Source of the DNA: Penicillus capitatus
Taxonomy: Eukaryota; Plantae; Chlorophyta
Assembly: GCA_965649825.1 (NCBI GenBank)
Contig: OZ287695.1
Span: 248,001 to 312,000 of the forward strand
DNA length: 64,000 nt
Direction of reading: 5' to 3'
The position numbers and the translations under genes were made by a program. Below are positions 13,468 through 25,537 of this stretch, piece by piece. Below the pieces are notes generated by a model. The model saw only the letters and a list, made by a program, of their open reading frames with translations, did no database searches and was not told the origin of the DNA. Each line of letters starts with the position of its first letter. Within the stretch, counting starts at the first letter, position 1.

Positions 13468-16400
13468 CTATTCTTTAGAACTGATATTTTCCAACAGGCC
13501 GGGAAACTTCTCCTCGCAGGCTTGTCTCAAACACTCAATAAACACATCGATCGCTTCCTTATTCCATTTTCCAATCTCTTGCGAAGAAGATGAATGCAAC
13601 ACAAAAGGGACACTTTCCAATATAGTACGAGAATCTAGTGTCAATGAGTTTTGAACGAAGAAGAAAAACAAGCACCTATTGTGCGTAGAAAAAGACGATA
13701 TTGCCGTAGAGACAGCTTCTCCAAGTTTTACCCTTTCCAATGCTGCTTTTGCGGCATTGCGCACGTCTTCATGTTCGTCGGTGCACCCTGTCGCCAGCGT
13801 CGACAGATGCTCGCCGACGTGCTGCGGCGACACCTCGACGACGCAACCGATGGCCGTCAAAGCTGTTAGGCGCACGTCTTCATCTTCGTCGCCGCACCCC
13901 TTCGCTAGCGTCGGCAGATACTCGCCGGCGTGCTGCGGCGACACCTCGACGACGCGACCGATGGCCGCCATAGCTGCTCGGCGCACGTCCAAGTCTACGT
14001 CGCCGCACCCTGTCAAGAGCGTCGTCAGATACTCGCCGGCGTGCTGCGGCGACACCTCGACGACGCGACCGATGGCCGCCATAGCTGCTTTGCGCACGTT
14101 TAAGTCTTCGTCGCCGCACCCTGTCAAGAGCGTCGTCAGATACTCGCCGGCGTGCTGCGGCGACACCTCGACGACGCGACCGATGGCCTTCATCGCCGCC
14201 CGTCGCACGTCCGAGTCTTCGTCAGCGCAGCCCGTCCCCAGCGTCGACAGAAGCTTGACGGTGTGTTGCGGCGACGGCGCCGCCGCAACGAACCTTTCGA
14301 TGTCGTCCGCGTCGACCTTGCTGATGCTCTCCATCGCCTCGCAACGCATGTCTTTTTCAATACCTTCCGCCACCATGGTCGACATAATCTTTAAGGCGTG
14401 CTGCGGCGCTCTCTCGATGCTAATGTCGATGGCCTCCAACGCAGCGCGATTCGTGTCTTCGTCGATGCATTCCGTCACCAGTGTCGACAGATACTCGGCT
14501 GCTTGTTGTGGCATCTGTTCTGTGACAGATTCCAACCTCTTTTCTCTCTCGTTTCCATCGCACCAACCATCTGGCGCTACTAGTTTTAGAGAGACGAATT
14601 GCCATATTTCATTGCAGTGCTCCGAAGAGTTTCTTGCGAGCTTTAAGACGGCTGTTATTTTCGCCATTTCCATTCTCGTTAATTCTCTCGAATGTCCCAG
14701 CAGTGTCTTCACCTCATCGACGGTGTCATCGAGAACTTGAGGAGATTCTTCTAACACGCGAGACAATTGTTCGAATTCCTTGACTACGATTTCACGGATA
14801 AGAATGTCGTCGACGATTCGCTCGAACAGTTGGCGAGCACGTTCGACGAGTGTTATTGGGTGTTCGTCGTTTAGCACGTCTTCCAGATCTTTTTCATCTG
14901 TCTCTTCGAGGATTGCCTTGAGAACTCGCATTCTCAGAAAAAGGTGTTGTATCCCGAGAACCTCGATGGGTTGTTCGTCCATTGTCGAAAGCAACTCTTC
15001 CAGCGCTTGTTTGCTTCGACCTTCCGCGAACGCATGCATCGCGAAGGTTAGCGTGAGTTTATGCTTCTCGTTATACTTTCCCTCACGAACAAAATCGAGC
15101 ACTCTCGTCTTCTCATCCGATTCTTTTTGCTTCAAGGCTCTCGCGATGTATCTTCCGGCGAAGTACTCCTGGTAGGTCAGGTGAGGGAATTGGTACTCCT
15201 GGCCCTCCAACACGAGCAGGAGGAGACCACTCTCTTTGAAAGTCCGAACCGCATTCTTCGACGTTGCGTGTTGCATGACAAATCTCTCGTGGATGATAAT
15301 TCGACCCTTCAGAAGCGATTCGAAGGCGATCTTCTCCAGATCGTTAAAGAGTTCCGCTTTCTGTATGTTCCTTGCCACTTGCTTCTCCTCGAACCTTTTC
15401 CAGACGTAGTTCGCCATGTCGTTGTATATTTGAAACGTGCTCGCTCTCTTCTTCTCTTCCTCGAGCGAGGTACCGTGTTCCCTCGACAGGCAACAGAGAA
15501 TGTGCGCCGTCACCGGAATGTGTGCCATTTCCCACATGGCGGCAGTGTTCTCGAGAGAGCGTATGAGTCTCTGCGCCTCGTCATCGGACAGTTCGCTTCT
15601 TATGTACTCTCGAAGTTGATCGTCGTTGAATCCGAGGCACTCCACTTGGACGTCGACACGCTTTCCCACGTTTCTCATATTGTACGGACGAGACAGCAAC
15701 AGAACTTTGCACGAACGCTCCCACGTGGTGGATACGAGCTCCCTGGCGTTGTCATTCGCTTCATCCAATCCGTCGACCACGAGCAGCGTTGAACGATCAT
15801 CGAGTGCGTCCTCTATCTGAAGGGCCAGGTCTTCGTACTCGGAAGCGCGGTTTCTCTTGGAGAAGCATATTCGCGATATCGCTTCTTCGAGACTTGTCCA
15901 CTGCTGTCCCTTGGAATCGGTGCCGTTCAGGACCCGCACCGGAACAACGTAAACGGTCTCGAACTCTTGAGCCATTTCTCCCAATGCCCATTTGTGCGCG
16001 ACGACTTTGGTGATGCACGTCTTACCGGATCCGGGGTTTCCGTAGAGAAGCACGCTCCGAACTTCGCTTTCCGGTTGTCCGGGTTTGAGAGATCGTCGCT
16101 TGAACAGATCGTCCAGAGCGATGGGTTTCGTGACTCTTCTCTTCTTTTCGCAGTGTTCTTTCGCTTGATCCCTTCTACGGTTTGAGGACTTTCCCTCCAT
16201 TCCTCGGAGAACTTCCTCTGTTCCTTCCTTTGATTTGATTCTTCTCTCTTCAATGATTTCTTCAGATATGACAACATGGTGCTTCATATCTTTGACATGT
16301 TTGTGAGATCCTCCATCACCGAACAAAGAACTCACCTATATAACGAGACACTCCTATCGACCTGAATGTGTTTTTTGTGATAGTACTGTTGCGAAATCGT

Positions 16401-17898
16401 CGTGCAGGTATCTTTTTTTCAATTTTTCTCCCTTCGAGTTCATGATAGCAAGAGGAATGTATCCCACGTCTCTGCCGACGTCGATGCACAAATCCTTTCG
16501 TTCCATTTTCGGCTCTTGCGGGGTTCGAGCTGCGATCTTGTCTTCTATGCTACTTCCACCCAACCATTCCGCTAAGGCTCTCTGGGCAGGGCCCTTGTAA
16601 GATTGTTGTATGTCCACCAGCGCGTTTCTGATGTCTTCGTTGCATCGACCGGCTCCATGCAGCTCATGCATGACATCAAGGAGTGCGATTAGGATATCGC
16701 TATCGTCAACCCACCCTTCGTTGACAGCCTGCTGGGTTGCTAGATCAACCAGCTTCGCTGTGGCTGCGTCTCGGCCGTTTTCCGACAGACCTTCGAGTGC
16801 GAGCGTGCCCAACTCACGAACAATGCCGTATCTCAAGGCCTTCAGGTCTTCTTTATCTTTCGTTTTTTCTTGGTGCTCCATTGCGGCACTGAGGTTGGTT
16901 TCAAAAAGCTCAAGCTTCGTTTCCTCTTTCGATGCTTCTTGTCTTGCTGTCATCAGATTCTTGAACGTGTCGAACCACGGTCTCTTTGACACTCCCATCT
17001 TCGCGATGGCATTTTGAATCTTTGCGTACGCATCCTGAATAGCCGCGGGATTGATGTCACATCTCGCCAGGTTTCTGACGCAGTGAAAAACATACAGAAA
17101 TCCGCACAATCCACAGCCGATACGTTGCGCTGCACGTTCAAGATTAGAAGGAGCATCTTTGGTTTCGAGGCGTTCCACTGCCTGTCGAAGGGTATTGAAG
17201 TGAAAGCTGACCGGGTAGTAACTGCGAGAGAGCTCCATCGCTCTCTCTTTTTCAACAACGGCTTGACGGAGTTCCTGCTTCTCTTTTTCGTAGACGCTAT
17301 TCTGACTGGTTTCTGAAAGCAGCAAAAGAGTTTGACGGAGAGCGAGGAATGTCGCCTCGCATTCTGCAAAGTTCTCTCTTGTAAGCCTCGGTTCTGGACA
17401 GAGGCTGCTCAAGAGCTTCGTTGCCACGACTACCAGCTGTGGAACTCCACCATACGCCGAAGGATTCGCCAGTTTGAGTGCTCTGCAGAGGGCAATGGCG
17501 AAGTTCGGTCTGTGGAAGTTCCCTGGGCAGATACGGGAACAGAGGGCATGCATCAAGCTCCTCAGAATGTCGTCGTCATTCGCGGAGTGCGATGCAACGT
17601 TGGCCAACTCTGCGTATTCGAGGACAGTCTTCGGCTTGAGGCACGCGTCGCTTCGTTCGTCGTATTTGTTTATCCATCCGAGGAAGACAGCACGCTCGTC
17701 GTCCGTCGCTGCGTTGTAGGCCGCGACGAGCGATTTCGTGCTGTCGATAGCGTACTTCTTCGCGATAGCACGCAGGGCCTTCGGGTCGAGGCGTTCTTCG
17801 ACAGCCGCATTCGGCGCAGCGGACTGACCGCCTTCGTTAACTGCCGATGCGGAATGTCCTCCACTACTGGGTCCTTCGTCTGGGGCTCGTTTTTGCAT
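13468..17898 (-). CDS. NLR-like STAND protein, copy 1: helical N-terminal domain + NACHT + about 7 HEAT units + cap (2 exons, about 1459 aa)
   Basis: Exon 1 17898-16387 (504 codons), 51-nt GT-AG intron 16386-16336, exon 2 16335-13468; Walker A GNPGSGKT, Walker B LLVVDGLDE, LLLSRP, QFPHLTYQEYFAG; HEAT DEDxDVRxAAMxAIGRVV. Confidence 0.9.
13730..14505 (-). repeat. HEAT repeat array of NLR copy 1 (2 degenerate + 4 full + 1 partial 111-nt units)
   Basis: Repeated xxEYLxTLxxGCGDxDxxVRxAAMxAIGRVVEVSPQH. Confidence 0.88.
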
Positions 17899-18684
17899 GT
17901 TCGGATGTAGCGCGCAGAGCAAAAGTCTTCGTTTCTGGTTCGACGGAACAGGCAGAACTGCTTTTCGCCGAAAGAAAGTTCGCAGAAAACTTCGCAGTGC
18001 AGAAGATGATTCGGATGCTACGTCTGACGTTAAATGCATCTGACGGTGATTGATTTGACAGACACTGCCTGAGAAGACCACATTCTACGTTACAGGTCGG
18101 CGACTGGTAGCAGAACTTGGTGCCGCATGACAATGCAACTACTCTGGCCAGAAAGCCAACCTTCACAGTGCTTTCTGTCAGTATCCGTGTTGCAGACAGA
18201 AACGGATAGCTTTTGTTCAGCATTCGGTTCAAGTCATCGGCCATCCCACTGTCAATTGCGTACCAGCAGCCACTGACATTCTATTAACCCTACTACGACC
18301 TTCTGCTGAGATTCTGAGGTGATCCTGTAGACGTTGACTGTCGATGGAGACTTGGAAGATACCATCTTCTCTTCGACAATTGGCAGAGATGTGCACTGTT
18401 TCGACTCTCATGTTTTCGTACGTCCTGCGATGTGCTAGAAAGGTCTTCGTTTCATCTGAACCGTCATCACCACAAGAATATATTCGTCATCCCTCAAACG
18501 GACATCATACGTGTCACACTTCTGTAAAGATCCCGATCCATTTGAATGATGCTATTCGCAAATTTGATGATTTGATGAGCAGCCACAAAGGGAACATCCC
18601 ACGTGATCAATGCGCAATACCGGGGTGTCATCAAAAAACGATCGTCGTTAGCCAGGTATTAATCCCACAGACGAAACCCAAAAG

Positions 18685-21409
18685 CTAATTTGCCGTGAGG
18701 AATCCATACAGTTGTGACTGAAGCGCCACATTCGACGCGTTGACAAAGAAAGGACCTAAGACCAGAGAAACCACTCAACTCAGCGGACAGCATCGGAATT
18801 GAAACCTGTGGGTACAATGCCGTAAGGACGGTTGCCATAGAGCACCTCGATCATTGCAAAGTAGACAGGTAAGTACCCTTGAAGGGGCGCCTGCTGATCC
18901 ACAGCAAACAGCAGTTCATCATTCTACACACGGTCACACTTTCAGCTGCATCTCACACTTACAGAGGAGAGACATACCTGAATGTAGGCAAACACCTCAG
19001 GACTGATATCGTAGGCCACGAACTCGAGGCAGGAGTTGCTACGTCTCGTCGGTTGGGCATTGCCTTTACAGAATCGATTCATCTCTGCTAGGGCATCGTG
19101 AATGCCTTCCGTCGCCACCAGTCCCGTCGATACCACCGCTCGGAGGTCTTCATCCTCCTCCAGTTTCTCCATCACTGCCGCTCTGTATACAGGAATGACG
19201 TTTCTCTTGTCTCACGAGTGAACAGACTTGATGGTCGCTGTCCTGTCTGGCATGTCCACGTGGAAATCTTCTCCATCAAATGCGTTCAGGATAGTAACGT
19301 CGACGCCGTTTTCTGCAATTTCGTCGCATCGATGTTCTAAATCGAGGTTGTCTTTTTCGAAGACCACGCAGAGGGCTTTCTCCACATTCACTTCCAACAA
19401 GCGATCCGCCACGGCCCTGTCGCATCATATCCTTAACTACTGCTATCCATCGATGCGCGCATCTCACTCTCCATCAATGAACTCAACGAGTCCGACGTGT
19501 GCCTGGATCGGGAAGTTTTCAAACCAGCGATGTCCAGCATTGATCGTGATGATGGGCACAGGATTCTTCTCATAGACACTGTTAACAGCCTCGATCAACC
19601 GGGTATCATTTGTCGGCAGCGTCATGACGAGCGCATCAACACCATCTTCTCCAGCCTGTTCGACCATCTGAACCATGGCCTCGACAATGTCGTCCATCGA
19701 AGTGGCGGCTGAATCTGGATGACGGAAGTCAATCGGCATCTATCGTTACGCAACGTGACAAACGCAACGATCCAGGTACTGAAATACGAACCTTAGTTTC
19801 GCGAAAAGCACGTCGCGCGCCATTCTTCACTTCTGTCCAGAAAGGATCTGATACTTTGCCGTGGACGATGAAACGCACGTCGATGTCTTTCGCCTCGCGA
19901 TCATTGATCGTCTTGCCGTCCATCAGATTTCTACTCAATCGTCGATTGGCCTCATCTGCATCACTGATGGTGACGGGACCTTTATACAGCATCACACTCG
20001 ATGACGCTCAGTCGGATTCCTTTCTACCTGTCAAGACAGATCGTCCGACGCCAGGAATGTAACGATAGCTGGCGCGGATTCTGAGAAACACAATGGTCAT
20101 AAAGCCCTGCAGGTACTGCTGGTTATCCATAGCAAAGGCAACGTGCCCATCCACGATGCCCTGAACACCTCTAGTGCATCCATGTGCCATGGACCAACGA
20201 TCGACGCACTTGGAGAATCGCATCCGTCTCGTCAAAGGTCGCCAACAGAACGCAGTCAGAGTTGTTGATGTTAAGTTGTCTTGTGCAAAGGAGTCCGTTG
20301 TCGTCTAAGTACTCATAGGCTGCTGCATAACCTTCAGCACTGATCGTTAAGATCCCTTTCACGTCGTCCTCTTTGACGGCGTCCTCCACGCGTCTTTGCA
20401 TTAACTCCGGATCCTGCGATACGATCATAGAGTGAGAAAAGTGATCCAGGACGTTGTGTGCTTCACCGATGCATCGGCAGTGCGTGAAATGTTCACTTCT
20501 GGTTGCAGGGCGCTCTCGAACGCCCGGCAGGAGGTCGTTTCGCCAAAGTCGTCTTGATCGTTCTTCAGACACAGGGCACGTCGGATGCCGGCATCGCGGA
20601 ATCGTTCTCCAGCCAGCCTTCCGGCTAGCTCATCGGCAAAGCCCAGATTGGCAAAGGTATTCACGCCGCTTCCCTCGTATACTTTGCGATCCAGCAGCAA
20701 AGACAGCACGGGCATGTCATGGGCGGCTTCATTCAAGGCTCGGACCAAATCGGCAGAATGTTCCTTGAACGAAACGGCAAGGGCGTTTTTCAGAGACCGG
20801 CGCGAATTCAAGATGTGCTCCGCAATGGCTTCATGATCGGCCACTGAATCGGGCCCTTCAGGATCAAAGTATGAGACGTCCAGACTACAGCATAACGTCA
20901 GACATACTGACAAACAGACAGACAGTTAAAGGTACTTGAATAGCCGAGCGGCATCATCAATGCCTTTCTGCAGTCGAGCAGAATGCTGCCGTGAGAGATG
21001 ACTGTGGACAATTACGTCTAGGTGCTGCGTGAATCGATTTTCCGAGATGGGATGGTAGCCATCGTAGTTTTTACTCCCTGGCAACGGTCGGTCGCCATTG
21101 GGCAGTCCTGCCTCTTCCGTGATCTCGTTCGTTTGAGGGCGAACAGTGGTGACGGGGCCGCTGATGGCGGTCACTGACGTATCGTTGTCCTCCGCCTCTT
21201 TGAGTGCAGCGATGCCGATCCCCAATGCGATGATGGCGACGACGAAAGAACCGACGACGCCGGCAGTCATTAGACGAGACCACCATTTTGGCACCTGCAC
21301 ACGCACACGGGCCCTTGAGATTTAGTCGCGCCGCCAGACAACGTCGCACCTGTTGGTAGGAGTTGAAGTTTCTCGACTCAACGTCCATTGCTTCTGGGTT
21401 GTCTTTCAT
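18685..21409 (-). CDS. Type II membrane-anchored protein with two tandem bacterial-type periplasmic sugar-binding (PBP type 1) domains; multi-exon
   Basis: MKDNPE...QQ|VPKWWSRL + TM GVVGSFVVAIIALGIGIAAL; domain 1 VIVHSH..., LAGRLAGERF..ALCL, FAMDNQQYLQGF, KGPV; domain 2 FIVHGKVSDPFWTEVKNGA, PIITINAG, LDLEHRC, FAVDQQAPLQGY, VPTG|PFFVN; stop TAG 18685-18687. Confidence 0.82.
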
Positions 21410-22209
21410 TCAGACGCTCCGAAAGAAGGGGTTCACAGCAAACGAACGCTGCGACCGAGAAAGCGAGAAACGGACTCGCGCTGGGCACGCGCTCATTAGA
21501 ACCCTTTGCGTAAGCTAATGACGACGGATGACGTAAATGAAAAGATGGAACCCTGACGCCTCGACGAAGCATAACCCATGCATCCATCAATCATTCGGCA
21601 AGAGAACATCTAAAGATCATCATCCATCATGCCCACCCAGCGTTCGCGATTACCTGCTTCGCTTGGAGAGGCTTTCTTCATAAGGATCAACGCCGAGCGG
21701 GTGAAAACTGTCTCGTTTGCAAACCCTGCTCAAATGGCGAGAGGGGAAGGCGTGTTTACAACCAGCCAGCATCAAATGTAGGTGGATACTGAGTGGCCTC
21801 AGATGACGATTCGTTCATGATGACATCTCGTCAGAATGTCGCTTGCATTTGGAGAGTCCTTTGAAGGAGTCGGTTGAGAGTCGGATGTGGACAGCACCAC
21901 AGCGGAGACGTCGTTCTCCTGAGAATCGACGTCCATGCCGTCTTTTCCTAATCGAGAAACGTCCTCTGTCCAGAGATCTAGTCAGACAGTGAGAAATCAC
22001 GTTGAATGCGGCGAAGCATGCTGCCACAGAAGAGTCGTCCGTTTTCACAGGCAGGCCATTGCACAGCAAACGAAGCGCGCTTGAGCTTTCCAGTCGTGGA
22101 GCCCACTCTTTGAGATCTTTCATCACCGGCCTTCAAGTTGGGCGCCTCCCTCCAAGAGCCTCGTGGCAAAAGGCGTTCAGCACTAAGCGATCGAAAATGT
22201 GTACGACAC

Positions 22210-23475
22210 ATGACAGGCGCTGCAATGCGGATGACGATCACGCCGTCGGCGTCGTCTCAGATGTCTCTCAGACGACGCGTTCTGCACGAGGAACTCCGCA
22301 GCATCGATGGCGACCGTCTACCACTCGAAGAAACGCTCAAAGCCGTGGCCATTCCTCCGGTCGTCTACGCCAAGTGTCCACGCGTCGAGCATTTCCTAGC
22401 ACGCTACACTGGACGCGCCAATGACGTCGTCTCTGACGTCTTGCAGCTTCCCGAGGCCTTTGTCAGCGAACTGATGCGTTTCGGCGCCGTCTATTCCTGT
22501 CCCGTCGTGCCAGACACCGCTCCGAGCAACGCCGCCGCCCTCACGGACGCATCGCAGACAGAGCTACAGCAAATACGCAGCGAGGCGGTCGAACGCGTCG
22601 GGCGGCATCCCTCGTTTCGACAACCCCGACGCATCCAGCAGAACGACGTCCTGCATCAGCACGACTACTGTCGCGTTCATGTCCATCCCAAACGCTTTCC
22701 AGCTTTCTACCGGCACGACTGGCACCCCAGACTGATCTTGGAAAATGCGCACTGTGTGGTCGTCAATAAGCCTCCGGGTTGCCAAGTCCCTCCACGTGTC
22801 GATAATCAGCTTGAATGCCTCGTTGGCTGGATTCAGCGCTTGTGTCATCTGGATCAACCGCTGAAGCCGGTTCATCGTTTGGATACTGGCACCGAAGGTC
22901 TCGTGGTTCTGGCCAAGACGCGAGAGTTCGCACGCTGGTTTCAGGAACTGTTGCTCGGAAAGGGAGGCGCGATTGAGAAACGCTATCGAGCGTTGGTATC
23001 GCATCCGCCGCCTCTGGGCGAGTGGAAGCACTATATCGAAGAAAATCATCGGGTGCCTGGCCAACCGAGGATCTCCCGTGTGTTTTCTAAACCGACACCC
23101 GGCGCCGCTCGTGCTGCGATGCACCTCCACCAGTGCCGCTGTGTCGCTCTCGGTCGCGAAGCCGAAGAGAAATGGAAGACAGCCGAGGCACACGAGATCG
23201 ACATCGAGCTCATCACTGGACGAACGCATCAGATACGGGCGCAGCTGTCCCACGAAGGATATCCGCTATTGGGGGACGGCCTCTACGGCGAAGCGGATGC
23301 CTCAAGTGTCTCGGAGCTCGAATCCCGCGATGCCTACATTGGACTCCAAGCGTCTCGATTGACGTTACGGCATCCGGACATCGAAATGTACTTCGCCGCC
23401 GCCGCCGCCGAGGACCAGAGTATCACATTCGATGCGGGACGCGCGTGGTGGCATCGTCGTGAGAGCGAGACATAA
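22210..23475 (+). CDS. RluA-family RNA pseudouridine synthase (resembles the plant organellar type), intronless
   Basis: VVVNKPPG, VHRLDTGTEG (catalytic HRLD), KRYRALV, LITGRTHQIRAQL, PLLGDGLYG. Start codon uncertain. Confidence 0.9.
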   Translation: MTGAAMRMTITPSASSQMSLRRRVLHEELRSIDGDRLPLEETLKAVAIPPVVYAKCPRVEHFLARYTGRANDVVSDVLQLPEAFVSELMRFGAVYSCPVVPDTAPSNAAALTDASQTELQQIRSEAVERVGRHPSFRQPRRIQQNDVLHQHDYCRVHVHPKRFPAFYRHDWHPRLILENAHCVVVNKPPGCQVPPRVDNQLECLVGWIQRLCHLDQPLKPVHRLDTGTEGLVVLAKTREFARWFQELLLGKGGAIEKRYRALVSHPPPLGEWKHYIEENHRVPGQPRISRVFSKPTPGAARAAMHLHQCRCVALGREAEEKWKTAEAHEIDIELITGRTHQIRAQLSHEGYPLLGDGLYGEADASSVSELESRDAYIGLQASRLTLRHPDIEMYFAAAAAEDQSITFDAGRAWWHRRESET

Positions 23476-23536
23476 ATGCAAGGACACTCGTACATCATCT
23501 CATGCGTTCTTGAATAGGATGGATGTTTGCCATCTT

Positions 23537-24675
23537 TCATGTCCTGCTAAAAATATTGGACGACACGCCGCCGTCGACCACCAACTGCGATCCCGTGCAA
23601 TAATCCGAAGCGCGCGATGCAAAGAACAGAATCGAACCTGCACAACAACACACTTAGCCAAGAGCACACGGCACAACAGATGGATGACCAATGATGTCAC
23701 GCGGCTGTGCTAAACGCCCCGCTGGAATGCTGTCCAGAATCAACTGCTTCTGCGCCGCATCCCCCTGCAACGAAACCCCACGTCAGACCAAGCATCCAGA
23801 TTCAAAGATCCGTGCCATAAGAGGAACGTTGAATTCGGTATCGACCGCTCCGGGCAGGATACAGTTGACTTGAATGTTTGATGGCGCCCAGGCCACTGCC
23901 AGCGATCGGGCAAGCGGAATCACTGCCCCTTTCGATGCCGAAAACGCCGCCTGTGTATGTGACCCTACGGTTCGCACACGTCTAGATGTGACCGAGAGCG
24001 GCGGCGGCGGCTTACGGGCGACGGAGCTCATGATGATCACTTTGCCACGTCCGTTCTCTTTCATCGCCGGATAGGCGGCGCGACAGCAATGGAAGACGCC
24101 ATCGACATTGGTCGCGAAGACATTGCGCCAGTCCTCTGCGTCTAACTCTTCAGGGATCTGCATCTCGCCCGAGATACCTGCATTCGCTACCAAGATATCC
24201 AGCAAACCAAATTTGCTGCATCTCACACATCGTTCCTGCTGTCACATCAACAGGATCTCACTCTTGGCATTTGGTCACGGCCTTTTTGACAGATTCAGGG
24301 TAACGCACGTCGCAAACGCATGACATCGAACGCCGCCCCAGATCGCGAATCTGACGCACGAGATCTTCGCATTTTTTATGCGTGTCTTCGCTGTAGTCCG
24401 TGACCATGACGTCAGCACCAGCTCTGCAGAGACAGAGGTGCAAAATAGAGATAACGAGACGGCGGCGACCTCGCCAGCGCCAGACAGGTCTCTTTGCCGA
24501 TCCCACGTCCGCCTCCCGTCACGAGCGCCACGGATCCCGTCAAATCAAAGAGCTCCTCCCACAGGTTTTTTGGCGATGACGACGTCGACAGGCGCGAGAC
24601 GGTCTCCAGCGACGACGACAGCGACGACGTCCATGCAAAACGACGACAGATGCTGCGCAAGCAAGCGACCTTCAT
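23537..24675 (-). CDS. Classical short-chain dehydrogenase/reductase (KduD/FabG-like) with N-terminal targeting-like extension; FxxxK instead of YxxxK
   Basis: FDLTGSVALVTGGGRGIG, CDVRYPESV, LDILVANAGI, TNVDGVF, SSVA, AAFSASKG, IQVNCILPG, IPAGRLAQPRD, DYCTGSQLVVDGG; stop TGA 23537-23539. Start may be 24675 or 24744. Confidence 0.88.
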
Positions 24676-24730
24676 TGCCGACCGTGATGGGACGTCTCTG
24701 TGCTCCTTGTTCTTGAACAAGCGCGTTACG

Positions 24731-25512
24731 ATGTTGAACCTCATGACCCTCAAGGTGCGCGTGGCGAGGACGTGCGCCCGACGAACCTCGGTACTGCATT
24801 CAGGACAAGGCAAAGAAAGAGTCAAGCAAAGCCAACCGCACCACCGCTGCGTATCTACGTCTGCAAAAAGGTCACGAGTATAACGCGACCCTCATGCAAA
24901 GGGTGACGTGCAGATTTGACCGAGCTCAATCTCCCGAAGAATATCTCCATCAATTTCCCAGACGGCAGCGAAAAGATACTCAACTTTGAAATCCTCATCA
25001 TCCCGGAAGACGGATTCCATAGGTACTGTATGAGAACAGCCCGGTCGCGCCATCCACCGTTGCTGTCTAGGGGAGGTCGATTCACTTTCTCTTTCAAGAT
25101 TCCGCAAGGTTATCCACATGACCCTCCCAAAGTCAAATGCATGACGAAAGTGTGACATCACTCTTCTCGCTATCTCGGCGTCGGATATCCGTCGCAGGTG
25201 TTCCATCCCAACATCGACTTGGAAGGCAATGTCTGTCTCAATATCTTGCGTGAGGATTGGCGTCCAGTCATGAGCATCAATTTGATCATCCACGGTCTGA
25301 GTTATCTCTTTCAAGTCGTTCTCACTCTTTTCGAAGATATGACGTGTGATGTGACGTTTCTGTGGCAGAGTCCAAACACGGAGGATCCGTTGAACAAGGA
25401 AGCCGCCGAAATGCTGCAACGCAGCGAGCGCCATTTCGATACCCAAGTGCAGCGCAGTATTCAGTCGGGGGCACACATACAGGGAGAGTACTTCCCTCCC
25501 TGTTCCAAGTAA
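24731..25512 (+). CDS. UBC12: NEDD8-conjugating enzyme Ubc12 (6 exons)
   Basis: MLNLMTLK|DKAKK...RLQK|[62 protein letters not shown]. Confidence 0.95.
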
Positions 25513-25537
25513 AGACGACACGCAAGGGAACGATCGA

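Noticed and set aside
13679-14740. 353-aa plus-strand ORF opposite NLR copy 1
   Set aside because: Antisense shadow of the HEAT region.
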